Origin: an uncultured Acidobacteriota bacterium
Lineage (GTDB): Bacteria; Actinomycetota; Acidimicrobiia; Spongiisociales; ZC4RG35
Direction of reading: 5' to 3'
Assembly: GCA_963828465.1 (NCBI GenBank)
Contig: CAWHEU010000022.1
Location: 1 to 64,000 of the forward strand
DNA length: 64,000 nt
The translations under genes and the position numbers were made by a program. The notes beneath the pieces are model-generated. The model had not been told where the DNA came from. It was given only the letters and a program-made list of their open reading frames with translations, and searched no databases. The stretch's first letter is position 1, and the number at the start of each line of letters is the position of its first letter. This document shows, one piece after another, positions 55,460 to 64,000 of this stretch.

Positions 55460-57034
55460 GCGGATGTCGCCCTCCCAAACTCGAGCGGGGTTCGAACCGC
55501 TGAGATCATCGCCGCGATCTCGATGGCGACAGACCTGGCCGTCGGCTTCCCGCTGGAGCATGGTTTACGAAGCTCCGTGATCGCTACGCGCCTATGCGAT
55601 CGTCTGGGGGTCGACCGGGAGACCGCGTCGCAGGCGTACTTCCTCAGCCTCCTCTTCTACGTTGGCTGCAATGCCCCGGCCGAGGTGGGCTGGGACGTGT
55701 TTGGCGACGACGACTCGCTCACCACATACGCCAGTCCATTCCGATTTGGCAGCCGGGCGGAGATGGCCAAAGGAATGATGCGGGCGGTGGCACCGCCAAC
55801 CGCACCGGCTCATGTCCGTGTCTGGCGTGTCAGTCGCCACCTGCCGGAGTTGGCCATCGGGTTTGCCGGGGTGGTCGACGCCACCTGCGAGGTCGCGCGG
55901 ATGCTCACGGACGAGCTGGGCCTGGGGTCACCTGTCTCCAACCTCGTGGCTTTCGAGTCGGCGCGTTGGGATGGCAAGGGGTTTCCGGGCGGGGTCGGCG
56001 GAGACGAGATCCCACTTGCGGTGCGGATAGCCCACGTCGCCCGGGACGCCGCATTTCAGCTCATTCTGGGTGACGTCGAGTTCGTTTCCGATGTGATCGG
56101 CCAGCGGTCCGCCCAGGCGTTCGACCCGATAGTCGCCAGGACTTTCATACAGGACGCGGCCGAGATCGTCGAGATCGAATCAGAGCTCCCGCTCTGGGAC
56201 CTGGCGCTCGGCTGCGAGCCCAAACCCTGGTCGTTGCTCGACGGAGAGGCGATCGACCGAGCGCTGGCCGCGATGGGTCACTTCACCGATATGGCCATTC
56301 CCGAATTCGTGGGGCACTCCTCTGGAGTGGCGACTGCGTGCCTGGCTGCGGCCCAGGTGCTTTCGTTCGACTCAGCGGACACTCTGACCGTTCATCGTGC
56401 GGCGTTGGTGCACGACCTGGGACGGGCCGCGGTTCCGGTCCGCATCTGGAGCAAGAGAAAGTCGTTGACGCTGGACGACTGGGAGCGAATACGGCTGCAC
56501 GCCTACCACACCGAGCGGATCCTGACCCAGTCTCCTTTCCTCTCAGACCTGGTTCCGGTCGCCGGGTTTCACCATGAACGCGTCGACGGAACGGGTTATC
56601 ACCGTGGTGTCGGGGCGTCGTCCATGGAGCGACCGGCCCGTGTCCTTGCCGCTGCCGACGCCTATCACGCCATGACCGAGCCCCGACCGCATCGGCCTGC
56701 CCTTTCGCGCGGAGCGGCGGCGGAGGTGCTCACTGGAGAGGCCAAAGCCGGGCGCCTCGATCCGGAAGCGGTCGCCGCTGTGCTGGAGGGCGGCGGGCAT
56801 AGCGCTGCTTCGGTGCCCTGGCCTGCCGGCTTGACCGAGCGCGAGATCCAGGTGGTGAGGCACCTCGCACGGGGTCTTCAGACCAAGCAGATCGCCCGGG
56901 CCCTCGAGATATCGCCGAAGACCGTCGACTTTCACATTCAAAGCGCCTATCGCAAGATGGGCGTATCGACCCGGGCCGGCGCCACCCTGTTCGCCATGCA
57001 GCACGGACTCACCACCTGGGAGAACTCCCGATAG
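55457..57034 (+). CDS. Double HD-GYP-like domain + LuxR HTH regulator
   Basis: Degenerate first domain (ARWDGKGFP); second GHS, HDLG, HHERVDG.GY, AAAD.YHAM; LuxR GLTERE..GLQTKQIA..L.ISPKTV. Confidence 0.92.
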   Translation: MADVALPNSSGVRTAEIIAAISMATDLAVGFPLEHGLRSSVIATRLCDRLGVDRETASQAYFLSLLFYVGCNAPAEVGWDVFGDDDSLTTYASPFRFGSRAEMAKGMMRAVAPPTAPAHVRVWRVSRHLPELAIGFAGVVDATCEVARMLTDELGLGSPVSNLVAFESARWDGKGFPGGVGGDEIPLAVRIAHVARDAAFQLILGDVEFVSDVIGQRSAQAFDPIVARTFIQDAAEIVEIESELPLWDLALGCEPKPWSLLDGEAIDRALAAMGHFTDMAIPEFVGHSSGVATACLAAAQVLSFDSADTLTVHRAALVHDLGRAAVPVRIWSKRKSLTLDDWERIRLHAYHTERILTQSPFLSDLVPVAGFHHERVDGTGYHRGVGASSMERPARVLAAADAYHAMTEPRPHRPALSRGAAAEVLTGEAKAGRLDPEAVAAVLEGGGHSAASVPWPAGLTEREIQVVRHLARGLQTKQIARALEISPKTVDFHIQSAYRKMGVSTRAGATLFAMQHGLTTWENSR

Positions 57035-57075
57035 GCGACGATCGCCGATTCTCATACCTTGGTCACGAGACCGAG

Positions 57076-58182
57076 ATGAGCGAGCACATCGACACAATCG
57101 TCATCGGTGGCGGTCAGGCGGGTCTAGCCGTCGGCTATCACCTCCACCGCAATGGCATGCCGTTCCTGATCCTGGATGAGAACCCCCGAATAGGGGACGT
57201 CTGGCGGAACAGGTGGGACTCCCTCCGGCTATTCACCCCCGCCGCATATAGCGGGCTGCCGGGCATGCCCTTCCCAGGCCCCCGATCTGCTTACCCCACC
57301 AAGGATGAGACCGCCGCCTATTTCGAGGCGTACGCCGAAAGATTCGGGCTCCCGGTTCGAACAGGGGTCAGGGTGGACCGGCTCTCTGGGAGCGGCGATG
57401 GCTTCGTGGTGTCTGCCGGAACTGACCAACTTCATGCCCAAAACGTCGTGGTGGCGACCGGTGCCTATCAGCAACCGCACATCCCATCCTTCTCGACGCA
57501 GCTCGACAACACCATCCTCCAGCTCCATTCGACCGAGTACCACAATCCCGACCAGCTGCGTGAGGGTGGAGTCCTCGTCGTCGGAGCCGGCAACTCGGGT
57601 GCCGAGATTGCTCTCGATATCGCCAGTCACCACCGGGTTTGGCTCTCCGGCCCGGATCCCGGACAGGAGCCCACCCGCGCCGGGACCATCCCCGACCGGT
57701 TGTTGACCCCGATTCTGTGGTTGGCCGCAACCCGGCTGACGGTGAGGACCGCACCCGGACGAAAGCTCCGCGACCGCTTCATCGATCCCCCCCGTGGCAT
57801 TCCGCTGGGGCGGGTACGACGGAAGGACATCATCGCCGCCGGGATCGAACGAGTGCCCCGGACCGTCGGAGTGAGCAATGGCCACCCCGTGCTCGAGGAT
57901 GGAACGGTGCTCGAAGTATCGAACGTCATCTGGTGCACCGGATTCACACATGACTACGGCTGGATCGACCCCCCAATCGCGACGGACAAGGGCTTCCCGA
58001 TTCACAACCGGGGTATCGTCGAGTCCCGTCCCGGTCTGTACTTCATCGGGCTCCGCTTCCTCTACTCGCTGAGCTCGGCTCTCCTGGGCGGTGTGGGACG
58101 GGACGCTGAATACATCGTCGATCACATCGTTGCCACGCGGCAGGGGAGAAAGGATTTGAGTGACCAGCGAGCGCAGCGGTGA
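57076..58182 (+). CDS. Flavin-containing monooxygenase-like NAD(P)/FAD oxidoreductase
   Basis: IGGGQAG, WDSLRLFTP, VVATG, LHS..Y, VGAGNSG, WCTGF, GVGRDA. Confidence 0.9.
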   Translation: MSEHIDTIVIGGGQAGLAVGYHLHRNGMPFLILDENPRIGDVWRNRWDSLRLFTPAAYSGLPGMPFPGPRSAYPTKDETAAYFEAYAERFGLPVRTGVRVDRLSGSGDGFVVSAGTDQLHAQNVVVATGAYQQPHIPSFSTQLDNTILQLHSTEYHNPDQLREGGVLVVGAGNSGAEIALDIASHHRVWLSGPDPGQEPTRAGTIPDRLLTPILWLAATRLTVRTAPGRKLRDRFIDPPRGIPLGRVRRKDIIAAGIERVPRTVGVSNGHPVLEDGTVLEVSNVIWCTGFTHDYGWIDPPIATDKGFPIHNRGIVESRPGLYFIGLRFLYSLSSALLGGVGRDAEYIVDHIVATRQGRKDLSDQRAQR

Positions 58183-58828
58183 GAGCTCTCTGCCGCCAGC
58201 ACGGAAGCGAGCGAAAGACATCGAGCGCAAACGTCGCATCTACGCCGACGAAGCCCCCACCTATGACGATGAGATGGATTTCTTCGAGAGGCGGATCACG
58301 GGGACGGAGCATCGCGGTTGGGCATGCTCACGAGCGAACGGAGCCACGCTCGAGGTTGCCATTGGCACCGGTCTAAATCTTCCCCACTATCCGACTGGTC
58401 TGAACCTGACAGGAATCGATCTGAGCCCCGAAATGCTCGACGTGGCACGCGCCAGAGCCCAACACTTGGGTCGAGCAGTCGAGTTGCTCGAGGCAGACGC
58501 TCAGAACCTGCCATTTCCGAACAACTCAGTCGACACCGTGGTGTGCACTTACGCGCTGTGCAGCGTCCCCGACGACGCCCGGGTCGTCAGCGAGATGAGG
58601 CGCGTCCTCAAACGAGGTGGCCGTCTCATCCTCGTGGACCATGTCCGCAGCACATCCCCACCACTGTTCTGGCTGCAGTGGTTGTACGAATTCATCCCGA
58701 GGCGGACAAAGGGCGAGTTCATGACACGTCAACCAGCCCAACATGTCATAACGACGGATTTCGAGATCGTGGACCACGATCGTCTTCGAGTTGGAATTGT
58801 CGAGCGACTGATGGCGGTCAAGCGGTAG
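58160..58828 (+). CDS. Class I SAM-dependent methyltransferase
   Basis: LEVAIGTG, GIDLS.EML, ADAQ.LPF, RVLK.GG. Confidence 0.9.
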   Translation: MTSERSGESSLPPARKRAKDIERKRRIYADEAPTYDDEMDFFERRITGTEHRGWACSRANGATLEVAIGTGLNLPHYPTGLNLTGIDLSPEMLDVARARAQHLGRAVELLEADAQNLPFPNNSVDTVVCTYALCSVPDDARVVSEMRRVLKRGGRLILVDHVRSTSPPLFWLQWLYEFIPRRTKGEFMTRQPAQHVITTDFEIVDHDRLRVGIVERLMAVKR

Positions 58829-58918
58829 TCGGTAGCGGCCCGTGCGACTTTGCTCGCGAACTATCTGCACGTGTGGCCGACCCTCCCCATCAGGCTTCGG
58901 TGTTTCCCAAGTGGATGC

Positions 58919-60409
58919 CTAGGCGCCGAATCGTTCCCGAAGCAGACCGTGACGCAGCCCCCGATCGCTCACCGTGAGACTCTCCTGACCGAGCTTTCCC
59001 ATCACAGTGCGGACGATGCAGCACCCGGCCAGGATCACGTCGGCGCGTTTGGGTTGGAGCCCGACGATCGAACGGCGGGCCTCGGCGTCCTGTGTCCGGT
59101 ACATCTCGATCTGGCGGTCGATCTCGTCACGTTCCAGGATGGTTCCCTGGACCACGTCGGGGTCATAAGTCGCCAACCGGTGAAAGACCGCTGTGATATT
59201 GGTCACTGCGCCTCCCATGGCCACCAGGGCGTCGGGCCGGGGGCGGCCGTCGAGAGCGGAGAGATCACGGGAGATCGCCTCGAGTGCCGAGGCGAGCACA
59301 TCCGCCTCCACCGCATTGTCCAGCCCGAAAGTCTCGGTGTATCGCACCGCGCCGACAGGGACGCTGAAGCGCTCCACTACCTCGTCACCATCGCCGAAGG
59401 TGAACTGAGAGCTTCCCCCTCCGGTGTCGAACACCACCAACGAGCCAGGATCCAGTCCGAGCTCGGCCTTGACCGCCAGATAGGCGAGTCGAGCCTCCTC
59501 CTCACCGGAGATGGCCTCGACGGTGAACCCGGTTCGTCTCCGGATGAGGTCGATCACCTGGTCACGATTGGAGGCGGTCCGCAATGCCGCAGTCCCGACC
59601 ATGACGATGGCCCTGGCCCGATTCTGTCTCGCATCGTCGACCATCTCTGCGATCGCCTTTGCGGTGCGCTCCATCGCCTCGTCGGATATTGGGCCGTTCG
59701 GCTCCTGCCCCTCGCCGAGGCGGGTCAGTTCGGCCCGGTCGACGACGGCTCTCCATCCATCGGCGGTCTGCTCGGCCACGTGGAACTTGACCGAGTTCGT
59801 GCCGACGTCGACGACCGCGTACCTCACTCCTCCGTCGACGAGGATGATGGTCATGCCCCGGACGAAGTTGTGGTTCAGCAGCGTCTGCATACCGGTTGTG
59901 TTGACAGCATCGATCACTTTGTCGGGGTCTTCGGACTCGATGGCGATCGTCCTCATCGGGACGCTGTCCACCACCAAATCGGTCAGCTCGGCCATGCAGC
60001 CGTCCAACGTGTAACGCACCCGTCTCTTGTGGATCGGCACCGCGCTCACCTGAGGATGGGACGCCAACACCTCGGAGTGGAATTGGTCGAGCGTGTATGA
60101 GTCACGGTTCAGTGGCGGTGGGTCGATCGCCAGCATCGCAAAGACCTTTGCCACATCCGTCGCCGCCAGCGGGAAGCCCTCCTTCATGACGGGGACCCAC
60201 TGTTCGAGACCTTCTGGGCTCACCTCCTGGAGGACCTTCACGTCCATCAGTTCGTCGCGGATCTTGACGATCGGGCCCGATCCTGTGCGCAGATAGACCT
60301 CATCGGACTCCTGGATCCCCGTCGGTTCGAGGGCGGCGAACACCGCTTCGGCGGCATCGAAATCGGTGCCGAAGGTGCGCCACTCCCAGCGAGGGACGAT
60401 TGTCGTCAT
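58919..60409 (-). CDS. ppx: CYTH-like N-terminal domain + Ppx/GppA exopolyphosphatase
   Basis: N-terminal RWEWRTF, DEVYL, KIR, KRR.RY, AELT, IAIE; then VDVGTNSVK, GTAALR, ISGEEEA, DTGGGSS, RADVI..G, SDRGLRHG. Confidence 0.85.
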   Translation of the reverse strand: MTTIVPRWEWRTFGTDFDAAEAVFAALEPTGIQESDEVYLRTGSGPIVKIRDELMDVKVLQEVSPEGLEQWVPVMKEGFPLAATDVAKVFAMLAIDPPPLNRDSYTLDQFHSEVLASHPQVSAVPIHKRRVRYTLDGCMAELTDLVVDSVPMRTIAIESEDPDKVIDAVNTTGMQTLLNHNFVRGMTIILVDGGVRYAVVDVGTNSVKFHVAEQTADGWRAVVDRAELTRLGEGQEPNGPISDEAMERTAKAIAEMVDDARQNRARAIVMVGTAALRTASNRDQVIDLIRRRTGFTVEAISGEEEARLAYLAVKAELGLDPGSLVVFDTGGGSSQFTFGDGDEVVERFSVPVGAVRYTETFGLDNAVEADVLASALEAISRDLSALDGRPRPDALVAMGGAVTNITAVFHRLATYDPDVVQGTILERDEIDRQIEMYRTQDAEARRSIVGLQPKRADVILAGCCIVRTVMGKLGQESLTVSDRGLRHGLLRERFGA

Positions 60410-60473
60410 GCGCAGGTCGGTCCAATCTGGTTGGATTCGGGACCGTCCGACCCTAGACGACCCGAAGGAGACC

Positions 60474-63215
60474 ATGACCACCCAAGTAACTGAGCGCGCC
60501 GATTGGTACGCCATGGAAGCGGCCGATGCGGCTCTCACGCTCGAGGTGGACCCGAATCTCGGGCTGAAAGCACCCGAGGTCGAAGAGCGCGTGGCGAAGT
60601 ACGGGACGAATCGGCTTGCCGAGGGGGAGAAGGAGTCTGGGTTCCGGGCCTTCATCCGCCAATACGAGGACTTCATGCAGATCGTGCTGTTGGCGGCAGC
60701 GGTCGTCAATCAGCTGGTGACCGGGGATACGCCGACCACGGTCCTTCTCGCCGGTCTCACCGTCTTCAACGCGGTGATCGGTCTCCGGCAGGAGGCGAAG
60801 GCCGAGGAGAGCGTCGCCGCCCTGGCTTCGATGATGAAGACCATTGCCCGTGTCCGCCGGGATGGTCAGGTACTCGAAGTGGACGCGGTCGAGCTGGTGC
60901 CGGGGGATGTCGTCCTGGTGGAGGCGGGGAACCTGGTTCCTGCCGATGGCCGGATCACCGTCGCCGCGACGTTGGAGATCGAAGAGGCAGCCCTTACCGG
61001 GGAGAGTCTTCCGGTCAGCAAGGCCACTGCCCCGGTCACGGGTGCGGACGTACCGCTGGGAGACCGCACCTGCATGGCCTACATGAACACCTCCGTGACC
61101 CGAGGGCGCGGGGAGATGGTGATCACCGCCACCGGGATGGAGACCGAGATCGGGCATATCGCCGGGATGCTGGCCAGCACCGAGTCGGAGAAGACCCCGC
61201 TGCAAAAGCAACTGGACGCGCTGTCCAAGATCATCGCCTCGATCGCTGCGGTGGCCCTGGTCGTGGTGGTCTTGTTGGGGCTGTCCCAGGGCCAGACCTT
61301 CGACACCCTGTTCATCACCGGGGTGGCGTTGGCCGTGGCCGCCATCCCGACCGGGCTTCCGGCGGTCGTGACCGCGCTGCTGTCGATCGGCACCCGGGAG
61401 ATCGCCCGGCGGAATGCGATTGTGAAACGTCTCCCCGCCGTCGAAACCCTGGGCTCGACTTCGGCGATCTGCTCCGACAAGACCGGGACCTTGACCCTGA
61501 ACAAGATGACCGCTCGGGAGATGGTCATTCCCGGCCAGAACGTCTTCCAGGTCTCCGGCGAGGGATATTCGACGGTCGGTGACATCACACATGTTGGCGG
61601 GGCCAACATCGATCTCGACGCATGTCTCCTACCGATGGTCCTCTGCGCCGACGCGGTCCTCGACGGAGAGAGCCTCATCGGTGACCCCACGGAAGGCGCT
61701 CTGATCGTTCTCGGTGCCAAAGGCGGGCTGGATATCGAACGCACCCGATCGACCTATCCGAGAGTCGCCGAGGTCCCGTTCGACTCGGAATACAAGTTCA
61801 TGGCCACCTTCCACGAGATGACGGACCGTGACGGCGATCCGGTCATCCGCTGTTTTGTGAAGGGCGCGCCCGACGTACTCATCGGCAGGGGTGGCTCCTA
61901 CCTCAGCCCCGATGGGGAGGAAGTGCCGGTCACCGACGAGAACAAGCATCTCGCCCTCGAGGCAAACGACCGCATGGCGGCTTCGGGGGAGCGGGTGATG
62001 GTCGTCGCCCGGAGGGACTTTGACCCGGATTCCTTCGATCCGAACGGGAATTTGCTCGATCTCGTCCAGGACCTGACCTTGCTGGCAATGGTGGGGATCG
62101 TCGATCCGCCCCGGTCTGAAGCCAAGGCTGCCATCGCCAAGTGTCACGACGCAGGGATCCGGGTGCGGATGATCACCGGGGACCATGCCACTACCGCTGC
62201 TGCCATCGCCGGAGAGCTCGGGATCGAAGGCAGGGCGATCACCGGCGCCCAGTTCGCGGCGATGCCCGACGACCAGCTCATCGAAGAGCTACCGGAGATC
62301 GGGGTGATTGCCCGGGTCGCCCCCGAAGACAAGGTGCGTCTGGTCCGGATGCTCCAGCAGTCCGAAAACGTCGTGGCGATGACCGGGGACGGGGTCAACG
62401 ACGCCCCGGCGTTGAAGGCCGCCGACATCGGTGTGGCCATGGGGATCACAGGCACCGAGGTCTCCAAAGAGGCGGCGGTGATGATCCTCACCGACGACAA
62501 CTTCGCCACCATCGTCGGCGCCGTCGAGTACGGGCGCGCCCTCTACGACAACCTGCTCAAGTATCTCCGCTTCCAGATGTCGACGCTTGTGGCCTATATC
62601 GCGGTGTTCATCGGCGCCGGCATCTTCGGCATCGCCGGCGGTGTCCCCCTCAACCCGCTCCAGATCCTGTGGCTGAACATGGTGATCGACATTCCCATCG
62701 CCATCGCCCTCGGCTTCGACGAGCCCACCCCCGGCCTCATGCAACGTGCACCACGGCCGGTGGGTGCCCCGGTCCTCTCCGCCCGGGATTGGGTCCGGTT
62801 GTGTGTGCAGGGCTTTGTCATGACCGTTGGCACTCTTGCCGTCTATCTGCTGGCAGAACCCGAATACGGAGCCGCGGTCGCCTCGACCATGCTGTTGACC
62901 ACGCTGTCGCTGTTCCACCTGATCGCCGGTTACATGGCCCGAGACCCGGACAGCACCGTGTTCGACCGGGCCGCACTGCCCGGATCCACTCAGCTGAAGC
63001 GCTATGGGCTCGCTCTCCTGGCCATGATCCTGGTGACCACACTGGGGATCCTCCAGCGCATCTTTTCGACGGTCGAGCTGGGCTTCAACCAGTGGGTGAT
63101 TTGTGGCGGGATCGCGTTGAGCCTGCTCGTGGTCGAAGAGCTCATCAAATTGTTCCTCCGTCGAAGGAAGTCCGTGCCCGAGAAGACCCCGGCCCAGCCG
63201 GCTCTGGCGGCGTGA
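60474..63215 (+). CDS. Cation-transporting P-type ATPase (type IIA-like)
   Basis: TGES, CSDKTGT, KGAPD, DPPR, MITGD, TGDGVND, QILWLN; AAGGAG RBS. Confidence 0.95.
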   Translation: MTTQVTERADWYAMEAADAALTLEVDPNLGLKAPEVEERVAKYGTNRLAEGEKESGFRAFIRQYEDFMQIVLLAAAVVNQLVTGDTPTTVLLAGLTVFNAVIGLRQEAKAEESVAALASMMKTIARVRRDGQVLEVDAVELVPGDVVLVEAGNLVPADGRITVAATLEIEEAALTGESLPVSKATAPVTGADVPLGDRTCMAYMNTSVTRGRGEMVITATGMETEIGHIAGMLASTESEKTPLQKQLDALSKIIASIAAVALVVVVLLGLSQGQTFDTLFITGVALAVAAIPTGLPAVVTALLSIGTREIARRNAIVKRLPAVETLGSTSAICSDKTGTLTLNKMTAREMVIPGQNVFQVSGEGYSTVGDITHVGGANIDLDACLLPMVLCADAVLDGESLIGDPTEGALIVLGAKGGLDIERTRSTYPRVAEVPFDSEYKFMATFHEMTDRDGDPVIRCFVKGAPDVLIGRGGSYLSPDGEEVPVTDENKHLALEANDRMAASGERVMVVARRDFDPDSFDPNGNLLDLVQDLTLLAMVGIVDPPRSEAKAAIAKCHDAGIRVRMITGDHATTAAAIAGELGIEGRAITGAQFAAMPDDQLIEELPEIGVIARVAPEDKVRLVRMLQQSENVVAMTGDGVNDAPALKAADIGVAMGITGTEVSKEAAVMILTDDNFATIVGAVEYGRALYDNLLKYLRFQMSTLVAYIAVFIGAGIFGIAGGVPLNPLQILWLNMVIDIPIAIALGFDEPTPGLMQRAPRPVGAPVLSARDWVRLCVQGFVMTVGTLAVYLLAEPEYGAAVASTMLLTTLSLFHLIAGYMARDPDSTVFDRAALPGSTQLKRYGLALLAMILVTTLGILQRIFSTVELGFNQWVICGGIALSLLVVEELIKLFLRRRKSVPEKTPAQPALAA

Positions 63216-63263
63216 ACGGGTCCCACGCTCTGCAGGATGACGGGTCTTTGGAATCCTCGGGCA

Positions 63264-63278
63264 TAGCCTGGGTGGATG
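63264..63278 (+). promoter_or_regulatory. Putative leaderless promoter, -10 TAGCCT-N6-ATG
   Basis: TANNNT hexamer 6 nt before the start codon, no strong SD. Confidence 0.5.
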
Positions 63279-63686
63279 GCGGTCGACCGAAGTCGTAAGG
63301 CGAGGAGCGCCCGCAAACGCAAGCGCCGAATGGGTCGCCTCGAACACGACCTCAGCGAAGAGCAGTGGGCGACCCTCAAGGCGGCCTGGGGTGGCTGCGC
63401 ATATTGCGGGGCCGTCGACAAGCCGCTCCAGCGCGATTGCGTGCTGGCTATCTCGCGGGGCGGGCGATACACCCTCAACAACATCGCTCCCGCCTGCCAG
63501 TCCTGCAATGCCAGCAAGGGCAATCACGAGGTGACCGGCTGGCTGCGACGCAGGCGGCTCGACGAGAGCGCCTTTTTGCTGCGTCATTTCGAGATCAACG
63601 CCGAGCTGGCAGAGCGGTTCCCTGGCGAATTGGCCGCCGAGCTCGATTCCACCACCGCCCAGACTCGGCCTGACCGGGCTCGCTGA
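63276..63686 (+). CDS. HNH endonuclease-family protein
   Basis: CAYCG..DCV..ISRGG..NIAPAC.SCN.SK; the catalytic His position is Cys (DCV). Confidence 0.85.
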   Translation: MAVDRSRKARSARKRKRRMGRLEHDLSEEQWATLKAAWGGCAYCGAVDKPLQRDCVLAISRGGRYTLNNIAPACQSCNASKGNHEVTGWLRRRRLDESAFLLRHFEINAELAERFPGELAAELDSTTAQTRPDRAR

Positions 63687-63908
63687 ATCACGGAGACAAC
63701 CTTGCGCTATTCGCGCGCTCCCCTCCCGCGCTCCGCCGACGCCATCGGCAGCGGCGGCGAAGTTTCCAGGCTCGGGGGCAGATCAGGATTGGCCATGGGG
63801 AGCGAGCCGGTATCGGGATTCACTCCGATAGGTCGTGATGTCACGGCCCATATAGATGTCGCCCCGCTCGATCGAGCGGGGCGACTGTCTATGGCGAGTC
63901 TCCGCGTG

Positions 63909-64000
63909 TCAGCGGTCGGTGCTGAAGGCGTAGACGGTGGTGGTCTCGTACACCTCGCCGGGGGACAGAACCGTCGATGGGAAATTGTCATGGTTGGGTG
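63909..64000 (-). CDS. galM: 3' end of aldose 1-epimerase (galactose mutarotase), truncated by the window edge
   Basis: Minus strand reads PNHDNFPSTVLSPGEVYETTTVYAFSTDR* (stop 63909-63911); not in the ORF track. Confidence 0.8.
   Translation of the reverse strand, partial: PNHDNFPSTVLSPGEVYETTTVYAFSTDR

Noticed and set aside
63276-63686. HNH gene as a mobile element or part of the defence island
   Set aside because: It is a stand-alone small actinobacterial HNH-type gene 26 kb from the island, with no flanking repeats or partner genes.
63690-63905. Possible small ORF or ncRNA between the HNH gene and galM (including ORF 63707-63991)
   Set aside because: The listed ORF is out of frame with the galM 3' end and has no motif; I see no convincing RNA structure.

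Overview
High-GC actinobacterial DNA, probably Acidimicrobiia-like: it has Cys-containing SLH repeats, an MMPL transporter, an ABC sugar importer without its own ATPase, and leaderless-type TANNNT promoters. There are about 45 protein-coding genes. I found no rRNA, tRNA, CRISPR array or transposase. About 11 single-base frameshifts in otherwise intact genes suggest long-read consensus errors. Main blocks: (1) 65-8611, a tightly coupled five-gene operon joining two uncharacterised proteins, a cyclase-ATPase-TPR protein, an FAD oxidoreductase and a polyprenyl synthase. (2) 13.6-23.2 kb, a catabolic cluster with an ABC importer. (3) 23.8-36.8 kb, a candidate immune/conflict island: membrane TIR-like protein, triple-TIR protein coupled to an nSTAND1-WD40 NLR-like sensor, lectin lipoprotein, then an operon of alpha/beta-hydrolase, TPR-sensor trypsin protease, M15 cell-wall peptidase, membrane TIR and stand-alone SLOG-like protein. 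(4) 37.7-58.8 kb, a cyclic-nucleotide-rich region with four of the window's six class III cyclases, a USP-USP-Rieske fusion, an MFS-cNMP protein and an HD-GYP-LuxR regulator. (5) CYTH-Ppx, a P-type ATPase, an HNH protein and the 3' end of galM. All domain calls come from reading motifs by eye; no database searches were run. The best candidate for an undescribed system is block 3, especially 31972-36821; block 1 is second.
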